Positions 8,414-18,237 of a stretch of 30,305 bases of DNA are shown one piece after another. Position numbers and translations under genes: made by a program. Each line of letters opens with the position of its first letter. Within the stretch, counting starts at the first letter, position 1. The notes beneath the pieces were generated by a model, which saw nothing but the letters and a program-made list of their open reading frames with translations, searched no databases and was not told the DNA's origin. This DNA is from Oscillospiraceae bacterium. GTDB taxonomy: Bacteria; Bacillota; Clostridia; Oscillospirales; Ruminococcaceae. The DNA is taken from contig JAFUWP010000033.1 in the NCBI GenBank assembly GCA_017483405.1, positions 1 to 30,305 on the forward strand, written 5' to 3'.

Positions 8414-10036
8414 ATGAAAAAACAGTCTTTTTTACAAGGCTCTCTGCTGCTGACCATCTCGGCCGTATTTGCCAAATTATGCGGTGCGATGTTCAAGCTG
8501 CCGCTGACGGCTCTGCTCGGAGGCACGGGCATGGGATATTTCAGCTGTGCTTACGGATTGTTTCTGCCGATATATGCTGTTCTGGTAACAGGGCTTTCCA
8601 CGGCTGTTGCGAAACCTGTTGCCGATTTCATCGGAAAAAACAAATCTGCCTGTGCTCTCAAAATCCGCAGAACAGCCAGATTTTTATGTCTCTTTATGGG
8701 ACTTGCCGGCATGACCGGTGCTCTGCTTTCCGCGAAAGCCTTCACCATCCGGACGGCCGGCACTATGGAGGCATTTCCGGCCGTACTCGCGATGACTCCG
8801 GCGATATTGTTCTGCTGTCTGACCGCTGTCGAACGCGGCTATTATGAAGGCCTCTGCTCTATGACTCCTACGGCAGTTTCTCAGGCTGTCGAAGCCGTTA
8901 TCAAACTGACTGCCGGACTGCTTTTCTGTCATTTCTTCCTGAATACAGATATTTCTTTCCTGAATCGCTATACTCCGGAAAGCCGCGGCGCATTCGGCGC
9001 AGTACTCGGTGTAACGCTTTCCACCGGCGCAGGATGGCTCTATCTGGTTATCCGGAATCAGTTTCGGAAACAAGATGCACTCTCCCATGAAATTCCGCCT
9101 TCTTCGGGAAGAATTATTAAATTATTATTTAGAATCATGATTCCGGCCGCACTCGGCGCACTCGTGACAAATCTCACATCCCTGACTGATTTGTTCACCA
9201 TGATGAATGCATTTTCTAAAATGCTCGCATCCAGCCCCGAAATCTTCTATCAGAAAGCGAATCTTTCCAAAGAGATTCCTGCTGAACAAGCTTCGGCATT
9301 CGTTTACGGCTCATTTATGGGTTTATCCGTGACGGTTTTCAATCTCGTGCCGTCACTGACAAATATGCTCGCCAAGAGCGTTCTGCCCTGTACCGCGCAG
9401 GCATGGTCTTCCGGCAATCATCAGCAGGCATCACGCTATGCAAGACAAGTTCTCATCCTTACCGGACTGATTGCCATCCCTGCCGGATGCGGTATCTTTG
9501 CGCTTTCTGATGGCATTCTTGCCTTTCTGTTCGCCGGAAGAACTGCCGAAATCCGGACGGCGGTTTCGGGTCTGCGGTATCTCTCCTTCGGCTTGATATG
9601 CCTTTGTCTTGCATTTCCGATATTCAGTCTTCTTCAGGCAATCGGCAGAGAAGACCTCCCTGTCAAAATCATGATTCCGGCGATTCTGGTGAAAATCCTC
9701 TGCAATCTGATTCTGATTCCTCATTTCTGCACCGCCGGTGCATCCGTTTCTACAAGCCTGTGCTATTTCCTGATTCTGATGCTTTCTCTTATCTGCCTGA
9801 AAAAAGAACTCGGTCAGTCCATCGCAATTGCCAAGCCCTTATTTTTCCAGTTCTGGGGCGGTATTCTCTGTGCCGGAACAGCATGGCTCTGTTATGACAG
9901 ACTTCTGTTTTTCTTCCCTCAGAGAATCACCTTTCTGATTTCCATCCTCTTTGCCGTGATGGTTTATCTTGCCGTCCTGCTACTGACCTGCCGGAATGAC
10001 CTGAAAGAATTTCTGACACAAAATCATCTTTCCTGA
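8414..10036 (+). CDS. MOP-family flippase (MurJ/SpoVB/YabM-like polysaccharide biosynthesis protein)
   Basis: MKKQSFLQGSLLLTISAVFAKLCGAMFKLPL..LGG.GMG, RGYYEG...PTAVSQAVE; about 14 TM segments; RBS AAGGAG. Confidence 0.88.
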   Translation: MKKQSFLQGSLLLTISAVFAKLCGAMFKLPLTALLGGTGMGYFSCAYGLFLPIYAVLVTGLSTAVAKPVADFIGKNKSACALKIRRTARFLCLFMGLAGMTGALLSAKAFTIRTAGTMEAFPAVLAMTPAILFCCLTAVERGYYEGLCSMTPTAVSQAVEAVIKLTAGLLFCHFFLNTDISFLNRYTPESRGAFGAVLGVTLSTGAGWLYLVIRNQFRKQDALSHEIPPSSGRIIKLLFRIMIPAALGALVTNLTSLTDLFTMMNAFSKMLASSPEIFYQKANLSKEIPAEQASAFVYGSFMGLSVTVFNLVPSLTNMLAKSVLPCTAQAWSSGNHQQASRYARQVLILTGLIAIPAGCGIFALSDGILAFLFAGRTAEIRTAVSGLRYLSFGLICLCLAFPIFSLLQAIGREDLPVKIMIPAILVKILCNLILIPHFCTAGASVSTSLCYFLILMLSLICLKKELGQSIAIAKPLFFQFWGGILCAGTAWLCYDRLLFFFPQRITFLISILFAVMVYLAVLLLTCRNDLKEFLTQNHLS

Positions 10037-10127
10037 ACTTTTTTCTGCACCGACTTATCAATAAAAACGCCAAAAAAACTTATTTTTTATCAATATCGCT
10101 GATTTTTATTCAGGAGTTAAATTTTTC

Positions 10128-10156
10128 TTGACAATCGGTTTTGAATATGCTAAGAT
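10128..10156 (+). promoter_or_regulatory. sigmaA promoter for the hydrogenase-like gene
   Basis: TTGACA(10128-33)-17 nt-TAAGAT(10151-56), with TGc extension. Confidence 0.7.
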
Positions 10157-10230
10157 TTAATATGTTAAAAAACTATTAACATTTTGCTGTGAAAGAAATT
10201 TTTTTGAATTCTAAAAAGGAGAAGTCAGCA

Positions 10231-12009
10231 ATGGAGATTATTACAGTAGACGAAAATCATTGTGTCGGATGCAATGCCTGCGTCCGTGTCTGTCCCGTTC
10301 ATGCCAATATCACCAGACTGAAAGAAGATACTACTGATGAATTTATCACAACCATCGACCCCAATGCCTGCATCAACTGCGGTGAATGTGTTAAAATCTG
10401 CCGCCATAATGCCAGAAACTATCACGACCATATTGATACGTTCGCAGAGTACTTTGAAAGCAAAAAAGAAATGATTCTTATCGCTGCCCCCTCTATCCGC
10501 ACCAGCTTTCCGGATGGTACTTGGAAAACTCTGCTCTCTCTGCTCAGAATGCACGGAAACTGCCGTATCTATGATGTCGGATTCGGTGCTGATATATGCT
10601 CTTATGTCTATAACAAGTATATGACAGAACACCCAAGCAAAAAAATCATCACCCAGCCATGTCCTGCCGTTGTCAACTACATCCAGAAATATAAGCCCGA
10701 ACTGCTTTCCTATCTTTCCCCCGTCCTCAGTCCGGCCGGATGCCTTTCTGTATGGCTCAAAAAATATCAGCATGAAACCGCCCCGATTTTTATGCTCTCC
10801 CCCTGCATCGCCAAAACCAGCGAGGCCGAACGCGAAGGCTTCTATGATTATAACGTCACCTTCCGGAATCTCGCAAAATATATGGATAAACACAAGGCTG
10901 ACCTCAATCAGCTCGAAGATTTTGAATTCGATGCGAAAGAAGGCACTATCGGCAGAATGTATCCCATGCCCTCCGGTCTGAAACAGACTATGCTTATGCT
11001 GAATCCTTCGCTTGTTATCCGTAATACCGAAGGAATTCAGGATTTATACCCCAGTCTTGACCGCTACGAACAAACCCCCGATGCTAAAAAACCCGATATT
11101 CTTGATGTGCTCAACTGCCGTCACGGTTGCAACTGCGGTACGGCTCTCCCCGAAGAAGAAACCTCTCTGCTCGAAGTCGAACAGGTGATGAATACCATCA
11201 TGGAAGACAGTGTCAGCGAAACCGCCGGCGGTTTTCTCGGAATCGGCAAGTTCAAGCAGTTCAAGGAATTTGAAAAAACACTCCGTACAGAAGATTTTAT
11301 GACAAGCTACAAAGACGAAAGCATTCACCGACCCAGCCTCACAATGCAGGAATATGAAGAAATCTTCACGCAGATGCATAAACATGACCCTGCCTCCCAT
11401 AATCTCACCTGTGGTGCATGTGGTTACAGTCAGTGCCGTGATATGGCTTATGCAATTCATTATCATCTGAATGTCAAGGAAAACTGCTTCGATTATCTCA
11501 AAAAGCGCATGAAGGACGAATATAGCGAATTACAGGAAAAATATAATACCCTTCTTGTGGAAACAGGTCATGAACCTATCGAACTGCCTAAGAAAGAAAC
11601 CCAGTCTCAGCAGACAGCAAGTCAGAATATCACATCCGCACCGATGCCGTATCCCAATTCTGCACATTATCAGAATCCTGTTCAGTATTCCAGTCAGGGC
11701 AGTAATCCGCTGAATCCGAATCCTTATCCCAATCCCAATCAGTATCCGAATGTGATGCCATATCCTGCACCTGCACCCTATCCAATGCAGACTCCTATGG
11801 TTACTCCCGTTCAGAATCCTGCTCCTATGCCCGTGCAGATGCCTATGCCTGCCCCCGTGCAAGCACCTGTCCAGACTCTCAATCAGTATGCGGCGATGAA
11901 TCCTGTTCAATATCAGTACGGAAATTCCGGACAAGCTCCCGTTCAGAATCCGAATCCTTATGCTCCTCAGCCTAACCAGTATATCCCTGACCCTGATAAA
12001 AAATTCTGA
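10231..12009 (+). CDS. [FeFe]-hydrogenase-like protein (sensory group C-like): 2x[4Fe-4S] N-terminus, divergent H-cluster domain, FeS domain, low-complexity C-tail
   Basis: CVGCNACVRVCP and CINCGECVKIC ferredoxin motifs; TQPCPAVV, SPCIAKTSE and DVLNCRHGCNCG align to L1/L2/L3; CGACGY..C..MA..I....C FeS domain. ATG 10231 after AAGGAG. Confidence 0.85.
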   Translation: MEIITVDENHCVGCNACVRVCPVHANITRLKEDTTDEFITTIDPNACINCGECVKICRHNARNYHDHIDTFAEYFESKKEMILIAAPSIRTSFPDGTWKTLLSLLRMHGNCRIYDVGFGADICSYVYNKYMTEHPSKKIITQPCPAVVNYIQKYKPELLSYLSPVLSPAGCLSVWLKKYQHETAPIFMLSPCIAKTSEAEREGFYDYNVTFRNLAKYMDKHKADLNQLEDFEFDAKEGTIGRMYPMPSGLKQTMLMLNPSLVIRNTEGIQDLYPSLDRYEQTPDAKKPDILDVLNCRHGCNCGTALPEEETSLLEVEQVMNTIMEDSVSETAGGFLGIGKFKQFKEFEKTLRTEDFMTSYKDESIHRPSLTMQEYEEIFTQMHKHDPASHNLTCGACGYSQCRDMAYAIHYHLNVKENCFDYLKKRMKDEYSELQEKYNTLLVETGHEPIELPKKETQSQQTASQNITSAPMPYPNSAHYQNPVQYSSQGSNPLNPNPYPNPNQYPNVMPYPAPAPYPMQTPMVTPVQNPAPMPVQMPMPAPVQAPVQTLNQYAAMNPVQYQYGNSGQAPVQNPNPYAPQPNQYIPDPDKKF

Positions 12010-12017
12010 TTTTTCTT

Positions 12018-12056
12018 TCCCTGCTTTCCTCAACGAAAGCAGGGATTTATTTTTTC
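12018..12056 (+). terminator. Intrinsic terminator
   Basis: TCCCTGCTTTC-ctcaac-GAAAGCAGGGA then a T-rich tail. Confidence 0.8.
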
Positions 12057-12061
12057 TTTGC

Positions 12062-12090
12062 TTGACATCATTCGCAAAACAGTGTATAAT
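12062..12090 (+). promoter_or_regulatory. Consensus sigmaA promoter for the EAL gene
   Basis: TTGACA-17 nt-TATAAT. Confidence 0.85.
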
Positions 12091-12138
12091 AATAGCAAGC
12101 ATCAACTATTTATTTTTCCATCACCAGAAAGGAGCTTT

Positions 12139-14097
12139 ATGATAATTCTTAATGATTTGAACCTCGGACTCAGTATTTCCGCTTTTCTGGTATGTATGTG
12201 CAATCTGCTGTTCACCGGACTTGACAGACGCGTCACAAAACCTCAGAATAAAATCTATATCTCTATGATGATGTTGCATTCTGCCAGCGCACTCTGCGGA
12301 ATTGCCGCTTTCCTCGCCGAGAAAAACAAACTGCTTTCCGATTCCGCTTTCCATACGCTCGAATTGTCCAGATATATCTATTTCCTGACACATTCCCTTC
12401 TTGCACCGTCCTTTTTCTGCTATATCTCGCTGGTTATCGGACGTTCCGTCAACTGGAAAATCCATTACTCCCAGTTCCGGACAAAGCGCAGTCTGATGCT
12501 GGATGTCTTTCTTAATGCTTCATGGCTCGCTATGGAACTGATAATTATCCTCAATCCGCTTCTGCATTGGACATGGTATTTCGATAACTCCCGTACATTC
12601 CAGAGAGAATGGGGCGAAATTGTTTTATATATCCAGTCCGCTGTGTGGATGATAGGCTCATTCGTCATGGTCATGCGTTCTTGGAATATCCTCTCCCAGA
12701 ACCGCAAACGCTCCTTTGCTGTCTGCTATATGCTCGTCATCACCGGCATTGTGATTCAGCTCGTTTTCCCTCAGCTCTATATTGAACTCCTTATGGAAGC
12801 CCTCGGCTTTACTGGTGTGCTCCTTTTCATCGAAAACGAGGACGACCGCCGAGATGTCGCTCTGGATGTCTATAATTCTGCGGCCTTCTCACTCGATGTC
12901 TCCGCCGCCCTCAGAAATAAAATCCCTGTGAAACTCATTATCGTTCGGGATGTCAGATTCAACCGCACTGCAAATCCCATGCTCCGCGGAAAAACTGACA
13001 ATCATTGTTTCCGCCGTGCTGTTGCCGATTATCTCGGCACAAAAATTCAGAAATATTATATCTACAATATCGGACATAAAGCCTTTGCCCTCACCGTCTA
13101 CCGCACTGCCGATGCCGAAGCTATTGCAGAGGAAATCTCCGAACGATTCCGGAAACCATGGAAAATTGACGAAACAGATGTTTATCTCAAAGCCTCCGTG
13201 ATGCTCGTTTCCCTTCCCGAACGCGCTCAGAATATCGCCGATATTCTCTATATCGCAGAATGTCCCATCCCCGAAAAATTTCAGAATCAGGTCATGCAGG
13301 GCAGTGACCTTGACTGGATTATCCGCTATTCCACGGTGGAATCCGCTGTCACAAGAGGCCTCAAGGAAGGCAGTTTTGAAGTCTATTATCAGCCGACTTA
13401 TTACATCAACAAACATCCCTTTGGCGCAGAAGCCCTGCTCCGGATGCATGACAGTCAGCTCGGCAATATCTATCCTGATGAATTTATCCCTATTGCTGAA
13501 AAACTCGGCATTATTGATGAAATTGATGATTTCGTCCTCCGGCAGGTATGCAGACTTCTTTCCACCGGTGTTCCGCAGAAATATGGCATCGAGCATATCA
13601 ATGTCAATCTTTCTGTTCTGGAGTGCATGAAAGAAGGCTTTGCAGAACACATCATCAGCATTGTGGAGAATTCCGGCGCGGATAAGCATCATATCAGCTT
13701 CGAGATTACCGAATCCGTTGCCCCGAAAGATTATCACCATCTGGAAGAAGTCATCGAAAAGCTTAAACAGGCCGGTTTCATGTTCTATATTGATGACTTC
13801 GGAACAGGCTTTTCCAATCTGAATGCCCTGTTCAGTCTTGAAGCCGATGTCATCAAGATTGATAAAAGTGTTCTCTGGGGTGCTGAAAAAAGTGAACTCG
13901 GCATGGTACTCCTGAAAAGTACTGTCGAAATGGTCAGGGATATGCATAAGAAAACCCTTGCCGAAGGTGTCGAAACCGAAGCGCAGATTCAGATTCTCGA
14001 ACATCTCGGATGTGATTACTTACAGGGCTATTACTTCTCGAAACCCGTTCCCGAACAGGATTTTTTGTCTGTTATTGACAAAATGCATCAGATATAA
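12139..14097 (+). CDS. Membrane-anchored c-di-GMP phosphodiesterase (multi-TM sensor, degenerate GGDEF-like region, EAL domain)
   Basis: About 7 hydrophobic segments, then FEVYYQP, AEALLR, INVNLS, FEITES, IDDFGTGFSNL, IKIDKS, AEGVET, QGYYFSKP. ATG 12139 after AAAGGAG. Confidence 0.9.
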   Translation: MIILNDLNLGLSISAFLVCMCNLLFTGLDRRVTKPQNKIYISMMMLHSASALCGIAAFLAEKNKLLSDSAFHTLELSRYIYFLTHSLLAPSFFCYISLVIGRSVNWKIHYSQFRTKRSLMLDVFLNASWLAMELIIILNPLLHWTWYFDNSRTFQREWGEIVLYIQSAVWMIGSFVMVMRSWNILSQNRKRSFAVCYMLVITGIVIQLVFPQLYIELLMEALGFTGVLLFIENEDDRRDVALDVYNSAAFSLDVSAALRNKIPVKLIIVRDVRFNRTANPMLRGKTDNHCFRRAVADYLGTKIQKYYIYNIGHKAFALTVYRTADAEAIAEEISERFRKPWKIDETDVYLKASVMLVSLPERAQNIADILYIAECPIPEKFQNQVMQGSDLDWIIRYSTVESAVTRGLKEGSFEVYYQPTYYINKHPFGAEALLRMHDSQLGNIYPDEFIPIAEKLGIIDEIDDFVLRQVCRLLSTGVPQKYGIEHINVNLSVLECMKEGFAEHIISIVENSGADKHHISFEITESVAPKDYHHLEEVIEKLKQAGFMFYIDDFGTGFSNLNALFSLEADVIKIDKSVLWGAEKSELGMVLLKSTVEMVRDMHKKTLAEGVETEAQIQILEHLGCDYLQGYYFSKPVPEQDFLSVIDKMHQI

Positions 14098-14107
14098 CAT
14101 ATTCTCA

Positions 14108-14142
14108 AAAGGCAGGAAAGCTCATTTCCTGCCTTTCTTTTC
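14108..14142 (+). terminator. Intrinsic terminator
   Basis: AAAGGCAGGAAA-gctca-TTTCCTGCCTTT followed by CTTTT. Confidence 0.8.
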
Positions 14143-14173
14143 GTACACCCGTTCAAGCTTTTTGCGTTTTGCC

Positions 14174-14203
14174 TTGACAAGTCCCGTTCCGGTGTGGTAT
14201 ACT
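14174..14203 (+). promoter_or_regulatory. sigmaA promoter for ispDF
   Basis: TTGACA-18 nt-TATACT with TGg extension. Confidence 0.65.
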
Positions 14204-14253
14204 TATTTATATAGAACTTTATCTATCACTCCTGAAAGTAAGGTGAATTTTTT

Positions 14254-14928
14254 ATGCCGGATACTTCCGTGATTCTCGTCTGTGCCGGAAATGCCTCCCG
14301 TATGGGCGGAATCAATAAAATCCTGATGCCCCTTAAAGATACTACTGTTATCGGCGTTTGTATGTCCGCATTCCAGAACTGCCTTGATGTCGCTGAAATT
14401 ATCATCGTCACCAAAGAGGAAAATTTTCAGCCCATTCAGAAAATCGCCGATGATTTGCATATCTCTAAATTAGCCCATATCACCACCGGCGGAGATACCC
14501 GTCAGCAAAGTGTGATGCAGGGGCTTAAATTAGTCTCTAAAGATTCCAGCTACATCGCCGTGCATGACGGCGCGCGTCCGCTTGTCAAAACCGAACATAT
14601 CTCCAGCGTCATCCATGATGCCAGAGTCTTCGGCGGTGCGACACTCGGCGTTCCCGTTAAGGATACCATCAAAGTCGTTGACGGCGGACTGATTACCGAT
14701 ACTCCCCCCAGAGCCTCCCTCTGGATTACCCAGACTCCGCAGGTATTCCGGAAACGACTCTACTTTGAAGCTGTCGATTTCGCTCTCGAACATCATCTTG
14801 ATTTTACTGATGACTGTCAGCTTGTCGAAGCTGTCGGCGGTAAAATCTGCATGACACAGGGAGATTATACTAATATCAAAATCACTACCCCTGAGGACAG
14901 GGAGATTGCAGAGGTGCTGTTATCATGA
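14254..14928 (+). CDS. ispD: 2-C-methyl-D-erythritol 4-phosphate cytidylyltransferase
   Basis: [53 protein letters not shown]. Confidence 0.95.
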   Translation: MPDTSVILVCAGNASRMGGINKILMPLKDTTVIGVCMSAFQNCLDVAEIIIVTKEENFQPIQKIADDLHISKLAHITTGGDTRQQSVMQGLKLVSKDSSYIAVHDGARPLVKTEHISSVIHDARVFGGATLGVPVKDTIKVVDGGLITDTPPRASLWITQTPQVFRKRLYFEAVDFALEHHLDFTDDCQLVEAVGGKICMTQGDYTNIKITTPEDREIAEVLLS

Positions 14929-15413
14929 GTAATATCAGAATCGGTCATGGCTATGATGTTCATAAACTTGCTGAAAACAGAGATTTGATTATCGGCGGAG
15001 TTAAAATCCCCCATACGCTCGGATTGTTAGGGCATTCTGATGCAGATGTGCTGTTACATGCCGTTTCGGATGCACTGCTTGGCGCACTCGCACTCGGCGA
15101 CATCGGAAAACATTTCCCCGATACCGACCCGAACTACAAAGGCGCGGACAGCCTGAAATTACTGGCCAAAGTCGTGGAACTCATCGGCGAAAAAGGCTAT
15201 GAAGTCAGCAATCTGGATGCTATCATCATCGCCCAGAAACCGAAACTCGCGCCGTACATCGACCAGATGCGGAAAAATATCGCGGATACCTGTCATGCCG
15301 ATATTTCTCAGGTCAGCGTGAAAGCGACTACAGAAGAACGTCTCGGCTTTACCGGCAGGGAAGAAGGCATCTCCGCGCACTGTGTGGCACTTCTGGAAAG
15401 GAAAGAATCATGA
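14925..15413 (+). CDS. ispF: 2-C-methyl-D-erythritol 2,4-cyclodiphosphate synthase
   Basis: [44 protein letters not shown]. Confidence 0.97.
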   Translation: MSNIRIGHGYDVHKLAENRDLIIGGVKIPHTLGLLGHSDADVLLHAVSDALLGALALGDIGKHFPDTDPNYKGADSLKLLAKVVELIGEKGYEVSNLDAIIIAQKPKLAPYIDQMRKNIADTCHADISQVSVKATTEERLGFTGREEGISAHCVALLERKES

Positions 15414-15805
15414 CTGAACGGGATGCAAAACTTCTCGCTGAACCCTTTGTGAAAGCTGTCGTCAACTGCATGGCGGACGGGAATTATCAGGATATTCCCC
15501 AGTATGCCGAATTTGAAGTTGATACTGTCGAATTGTTTCAGGAATCCGCCGAAGGCTATCTCGAAATCAATCAGTTATCCCATTTTGACGGCTATGATGT
15601 TCCCTGCAATTTTAATCCGCATTATCAGAACGGAAATGAATATCATAAATTTGAAGTCTTTCTCTGGAAAAATAATAAGGGCTTTTCCGTCGATTATGAT
15701 TTGACGACCAACGGCGATATTAACGACCTCACGCTACAGATGGATTTCTTCTTTCAGGAAGACGGCTCACTGAAAGCCGTTATCACGGATATTCACGTCC
15801 TGTAA
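15410..15805 (+). CDS. Acidic hypothetical protein (131 aa)
   Basis: ATGA overlap with the ispF stop; RBS AAAGGAAAG; ends DLTLQ...DIHVL. Confidence 0.7.
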   Translation: MTERDAKLLAEPFVKAVVNCMADGNYQDIPQYAEFEVDTVELFQESAEGYLEINQLSHFDGYDVPCNFNPHYQNGNEYHKFEVFLWKNNKGFSVDYDLTTNGDINDLTLQMDFFFQEDGSLKAVITDIHVL

Positions 15806-15871
15806 TTCTCCCGAAACACTTTCCCCCTACTTATCATATAATATAGTATTATCCTGATAAGAGGTGATACT

Positions 15872-16093
15872 ATGATTTATACAGCCATTCTGCCTTCGGA
15901 AACCTATACTAGAAAGGCACAGAGACTTCTGACCGCAAACGGCTATACCAGTGAAATCATCCGCCTGACAAACCCGAAAGAAGGCTGTCATTTCGGCCTG
16001 AAAATTGTCGGCAAACCAGAGGAAATACAGACGATTCTCAAAAAAGCCGGCATCCCTGTCAGATATTTCGGAAATGAGCGTGACGGATTATGA
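15872..16093 (+). CDS. Small hypothetical protein, DUF3343-like
   Basis: RBS GAGGTG. Size (73 aa), S.T.A.KA..LL...G and GC.F/YGL pattern, and position overlapping a cysteine desulfurase gene match the DUF3343 arrangement. Confidence 0.65.
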   Translation: MIYTAILPSETYTRKAQRLLTANGYTSEIIRLTNPKEGCHFGLKIVGKPEEIQTILKKAGIPVRYFGNERDGL

Positions 16094-17223
16094 CAGTCAA
16101 TTTCGATAACGCCGCCACTACCTTCCCGAAACCTCCCGAAGTCCGACTCGCTGTCGAGAAAGCTCTCGTCCGCTATGGCAGTTCCGGAAGGGGCAGTCAT
16201 CCCATCGCCGTCAGGGGTTCGGAATTAATCTATTCCGCACGGGAAACTATCGCGGATTTCTTCGGCGCACAGCCGGAAAATGTTGTTTTTACGGCAAACT
16301 GCACCCATGCACTGAATCTTGCCGTTCAGGGCATCACCAAACAGGGCGGTCATGTCATCATCAGCCGGATGGAGCATAATTCTGTTGCCCGTCCCGTCTA
16401 TGCCCTTGCCAAAGCCGGAAAAATCAAATACAGCATCGCGGATGTTTCCCCTTCCGATAACCAGACTCTTGAAAATTTTGCAAAGCTCATCCGCAAAGAT
16501 ACAAAAGCCATTATCTGCACCATCGCGAGCAATGTCACCGGACAGATTCTGCCGTATCAGAAAATCGGCGCACTCTGTCAGGAGAAGAATATCTGCTTTA
16601 TCGCGGACGGCGCACAGGCCTGCGGTGTGCTCCCCGTCAGTCTGGAAACCGATAATATCAATATCCTCTGTACTGCCGGCCATAAAGGGCTTTATGGCAT
16701 TACCGGAACAGGCATTCTCATTTCGGACGGAAAATTCAGCATTCCCCCTCTGATGCAGGGCGGTTCGGGAAGTCTCTCGGCTCTGCCGGAAATGCCGGAT
16801 TTTCTGCCTGATGCTCTCGAAGCCGGTACACTCAACATCATCGGTGCGGCATCGCTCAGAGCCGGTGTTCAGTATGTTCAGAAAAAAGGCATTGAAAATA
16901 TCTACAGAACGGAAACCGCTCTCTGTGAGCACTTCTGCCGGAAACTCCGGAACATGCCGGATGTGATACTTTATCGCCATCCGGAGGCGAATTATGTGCC
17001 TATTGTATCTTTCAACATCCGGAATAAGCCGGCTGAAGAAATCGCCTCTGAACTTGCAAAACAAGGGTTCTGTCTCCGTGCCGGCCTGCACTGCGCACCG
17101 CTGGCACATTATGCCCTCGGTACGGCGGAATCCAATGCCGGAACTGTCCGCTTTGCACCTTCGGTATTCTCCGATATGACACATGTCAGCCGTCTTGCAG
17201 ATGCGGTTTCTGCCCTGCAATAA
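16090..17223 (+). CDS. Class V aminotransferase / cysteine desulfurase family protein
   Basis: NFDNAATTFPKP, FTANCTHALN, EHNSV.RP, DGAQ, TAGHKGLYG (PLP Lys), RAGLHCAPLAH (catalytic Cys). Confidence 0.92.
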   Translation: MTVNFDNAATTFPKPPEVRLAVEKALVRYGSSGRGSHPIAVRGSELIYSARETIADFFGAQPENVVFTANCTHALNLAVQGITKQGGHVIISRMEHNSVARPVYALAKAGKIKYSIADVSPSDNQTLENFAKLIRKDTKAIICTIASNVTGQILPYQKIGALCQEKNICFIADGAQACGVLPVSLETDNINILCTAGHKGLYGITGTGILISDGKFSIPPLMQGGSGSLSALPEMPDFLPDALEAGTLNIIGAASLRAGVQYVQKKGIENIYRTETALCEHFCRKLRNMPDVILYRHPEANYVPIVSFNIRNKPAEEIASELAKQGFCLRAGLHCAPLAHYALGTAESNAGTVRFAPSVFSDMTHVSRLADAVSALQ

Positions 17224-17229
17224 CTACTG

Positions 17230-17259
17230 CCGGAGAGTTTCTCCGCTCTCCGGTTCTTT
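17230..17259 (+). terminator. Possible terminator
   Basis: CCGGAGAG-tttctccg-CTCTCCGG then TTCTTT. Confidence 0.5.
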
Positions 17260-17292
17260 GAAAATTTTTTATCATAACCAATCAGAAAGGAA

Positions 17293-18237
17293 GTGCCTTC
17301 CGCAATGTCAGGACTGACAGAAATCTTAGAATCTATCTACAGTGTTGTCAAAACCATGAAGCCTGTTGATTTTGTCGATATTGCACTGATGTCCTATATT
17401 ATCTATTTCTTCCTGAAACTAATCAGGGAAACCAGAGCCGGACAGCTCTTTAAGGGCATTGCTTTCCTGCTGGTGGTTTATATTATCGGCAAATTTATAG
17501 AATTAAAATCTATTACTTATATTCTCGAACGTGTATTCAATATCGGGATTCTGGCGATTTTTATCGTCTTTCAGCCGGAAGTCCGCCGCGCTGTCGAAAA
17601 ATTAGGCCATTCCAAATTAGGCCTTCGGGCGGTGATTCCCGTTTCTCCCGATGATGAGCGCGCCAAATGGGAAAAGGCGATTGAGGAACTCAGTGAAGCC
17701 TGCGCTAAAATGGGGGCAGTCTGTACCGGTGCGATTATCGCCATTGAACGTCAGACCCGACTCGGCGAACATATTGATGAGAAAAAAGCCACATATCTCA
17801 ACGCTGTTCCCAGCGATACGCTGTTCAGAGCCATTTTCTTCCATAACGCGCCCATGCATGACGGTGCTGTCATCCTCCGTGACGGCATGGTCCTCGCCGC
17901 CGGATGTTTCTTCCCGATGCCCCAGAAAGAAGAATTTGTCGAGAAAGAACTCGGTTCGCGCCATCGTGCTGCTATCGGCATGAGCGAAAATTCTGATGCT
18001 ATCATCATTGTGGTTTCCGAAGAAACCGGTCAGATTTCTGTTGCCGAAAATGGGACTCTTACCAGAAATTTCACAAAAGAAACACTCCGTCAGTATCTTA
18101 CGGACAGGCTGATTCCCAAGCCTATCGACCAGAATCAATGGTTCAAAAAATTCCGGCAGTCTCTCAGGATGCCGTCAGCAGAGATGCAGAAAAAAGAGGT
18201 GAATTCCGAAGATGAGCAAAAACACAAAAATTCATGA
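17293..18237 (+). CDS. cdaA: Diadenylate cyclase CdaA (DacA)
   Basis: Three N-terminal TM segments, FQPEVRRA.E.LG, HDGAV (DGA) and GSRHRAAIG (RHR) motifs. The start may be ATG 17305. Confidence 0.95.
   Translation: MPSAMSGLTEILESIYSVVKTMKPVDFVDIALMSYIIYFFLKLIRETRAGQLFKGIAFLLVVYIIGKFIELKSITYILERVFNIGILAIFIVFQPEVRRAVEKLGHSKLGLRAVIPVSPDDERAKWEKAIEELSEACAKMGAVCTGAIIAIERQTRLGEHIDEKKATYLNAVPSDTLFRAIFFHNAPMHDGAVILRDGMVLAAGCFFPMPQKEEFVEKELGSRHRAAIGMSENSDAIIIVVSEETGQISVAENGTLTRNFTKETLRQYLTDRLIPKPIDQNQWFKKFRQSLRMPSAEMQKKEVNSEDEQKHKNS

Noticed and set aside
10162-10182. Canonical Rex box call
   Set aside because: The spacer is 7 nt rather than 4, so it is kept only as an unknown operator.
12889-14004. 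Long antisense ORFs (also 16225-17220, 23308-24093, 24144-24875, 10225-10893, 18506-19180)
   Set aside because: These are shadows of well-supported genes on the opposite strand, with no recognisable motifs.
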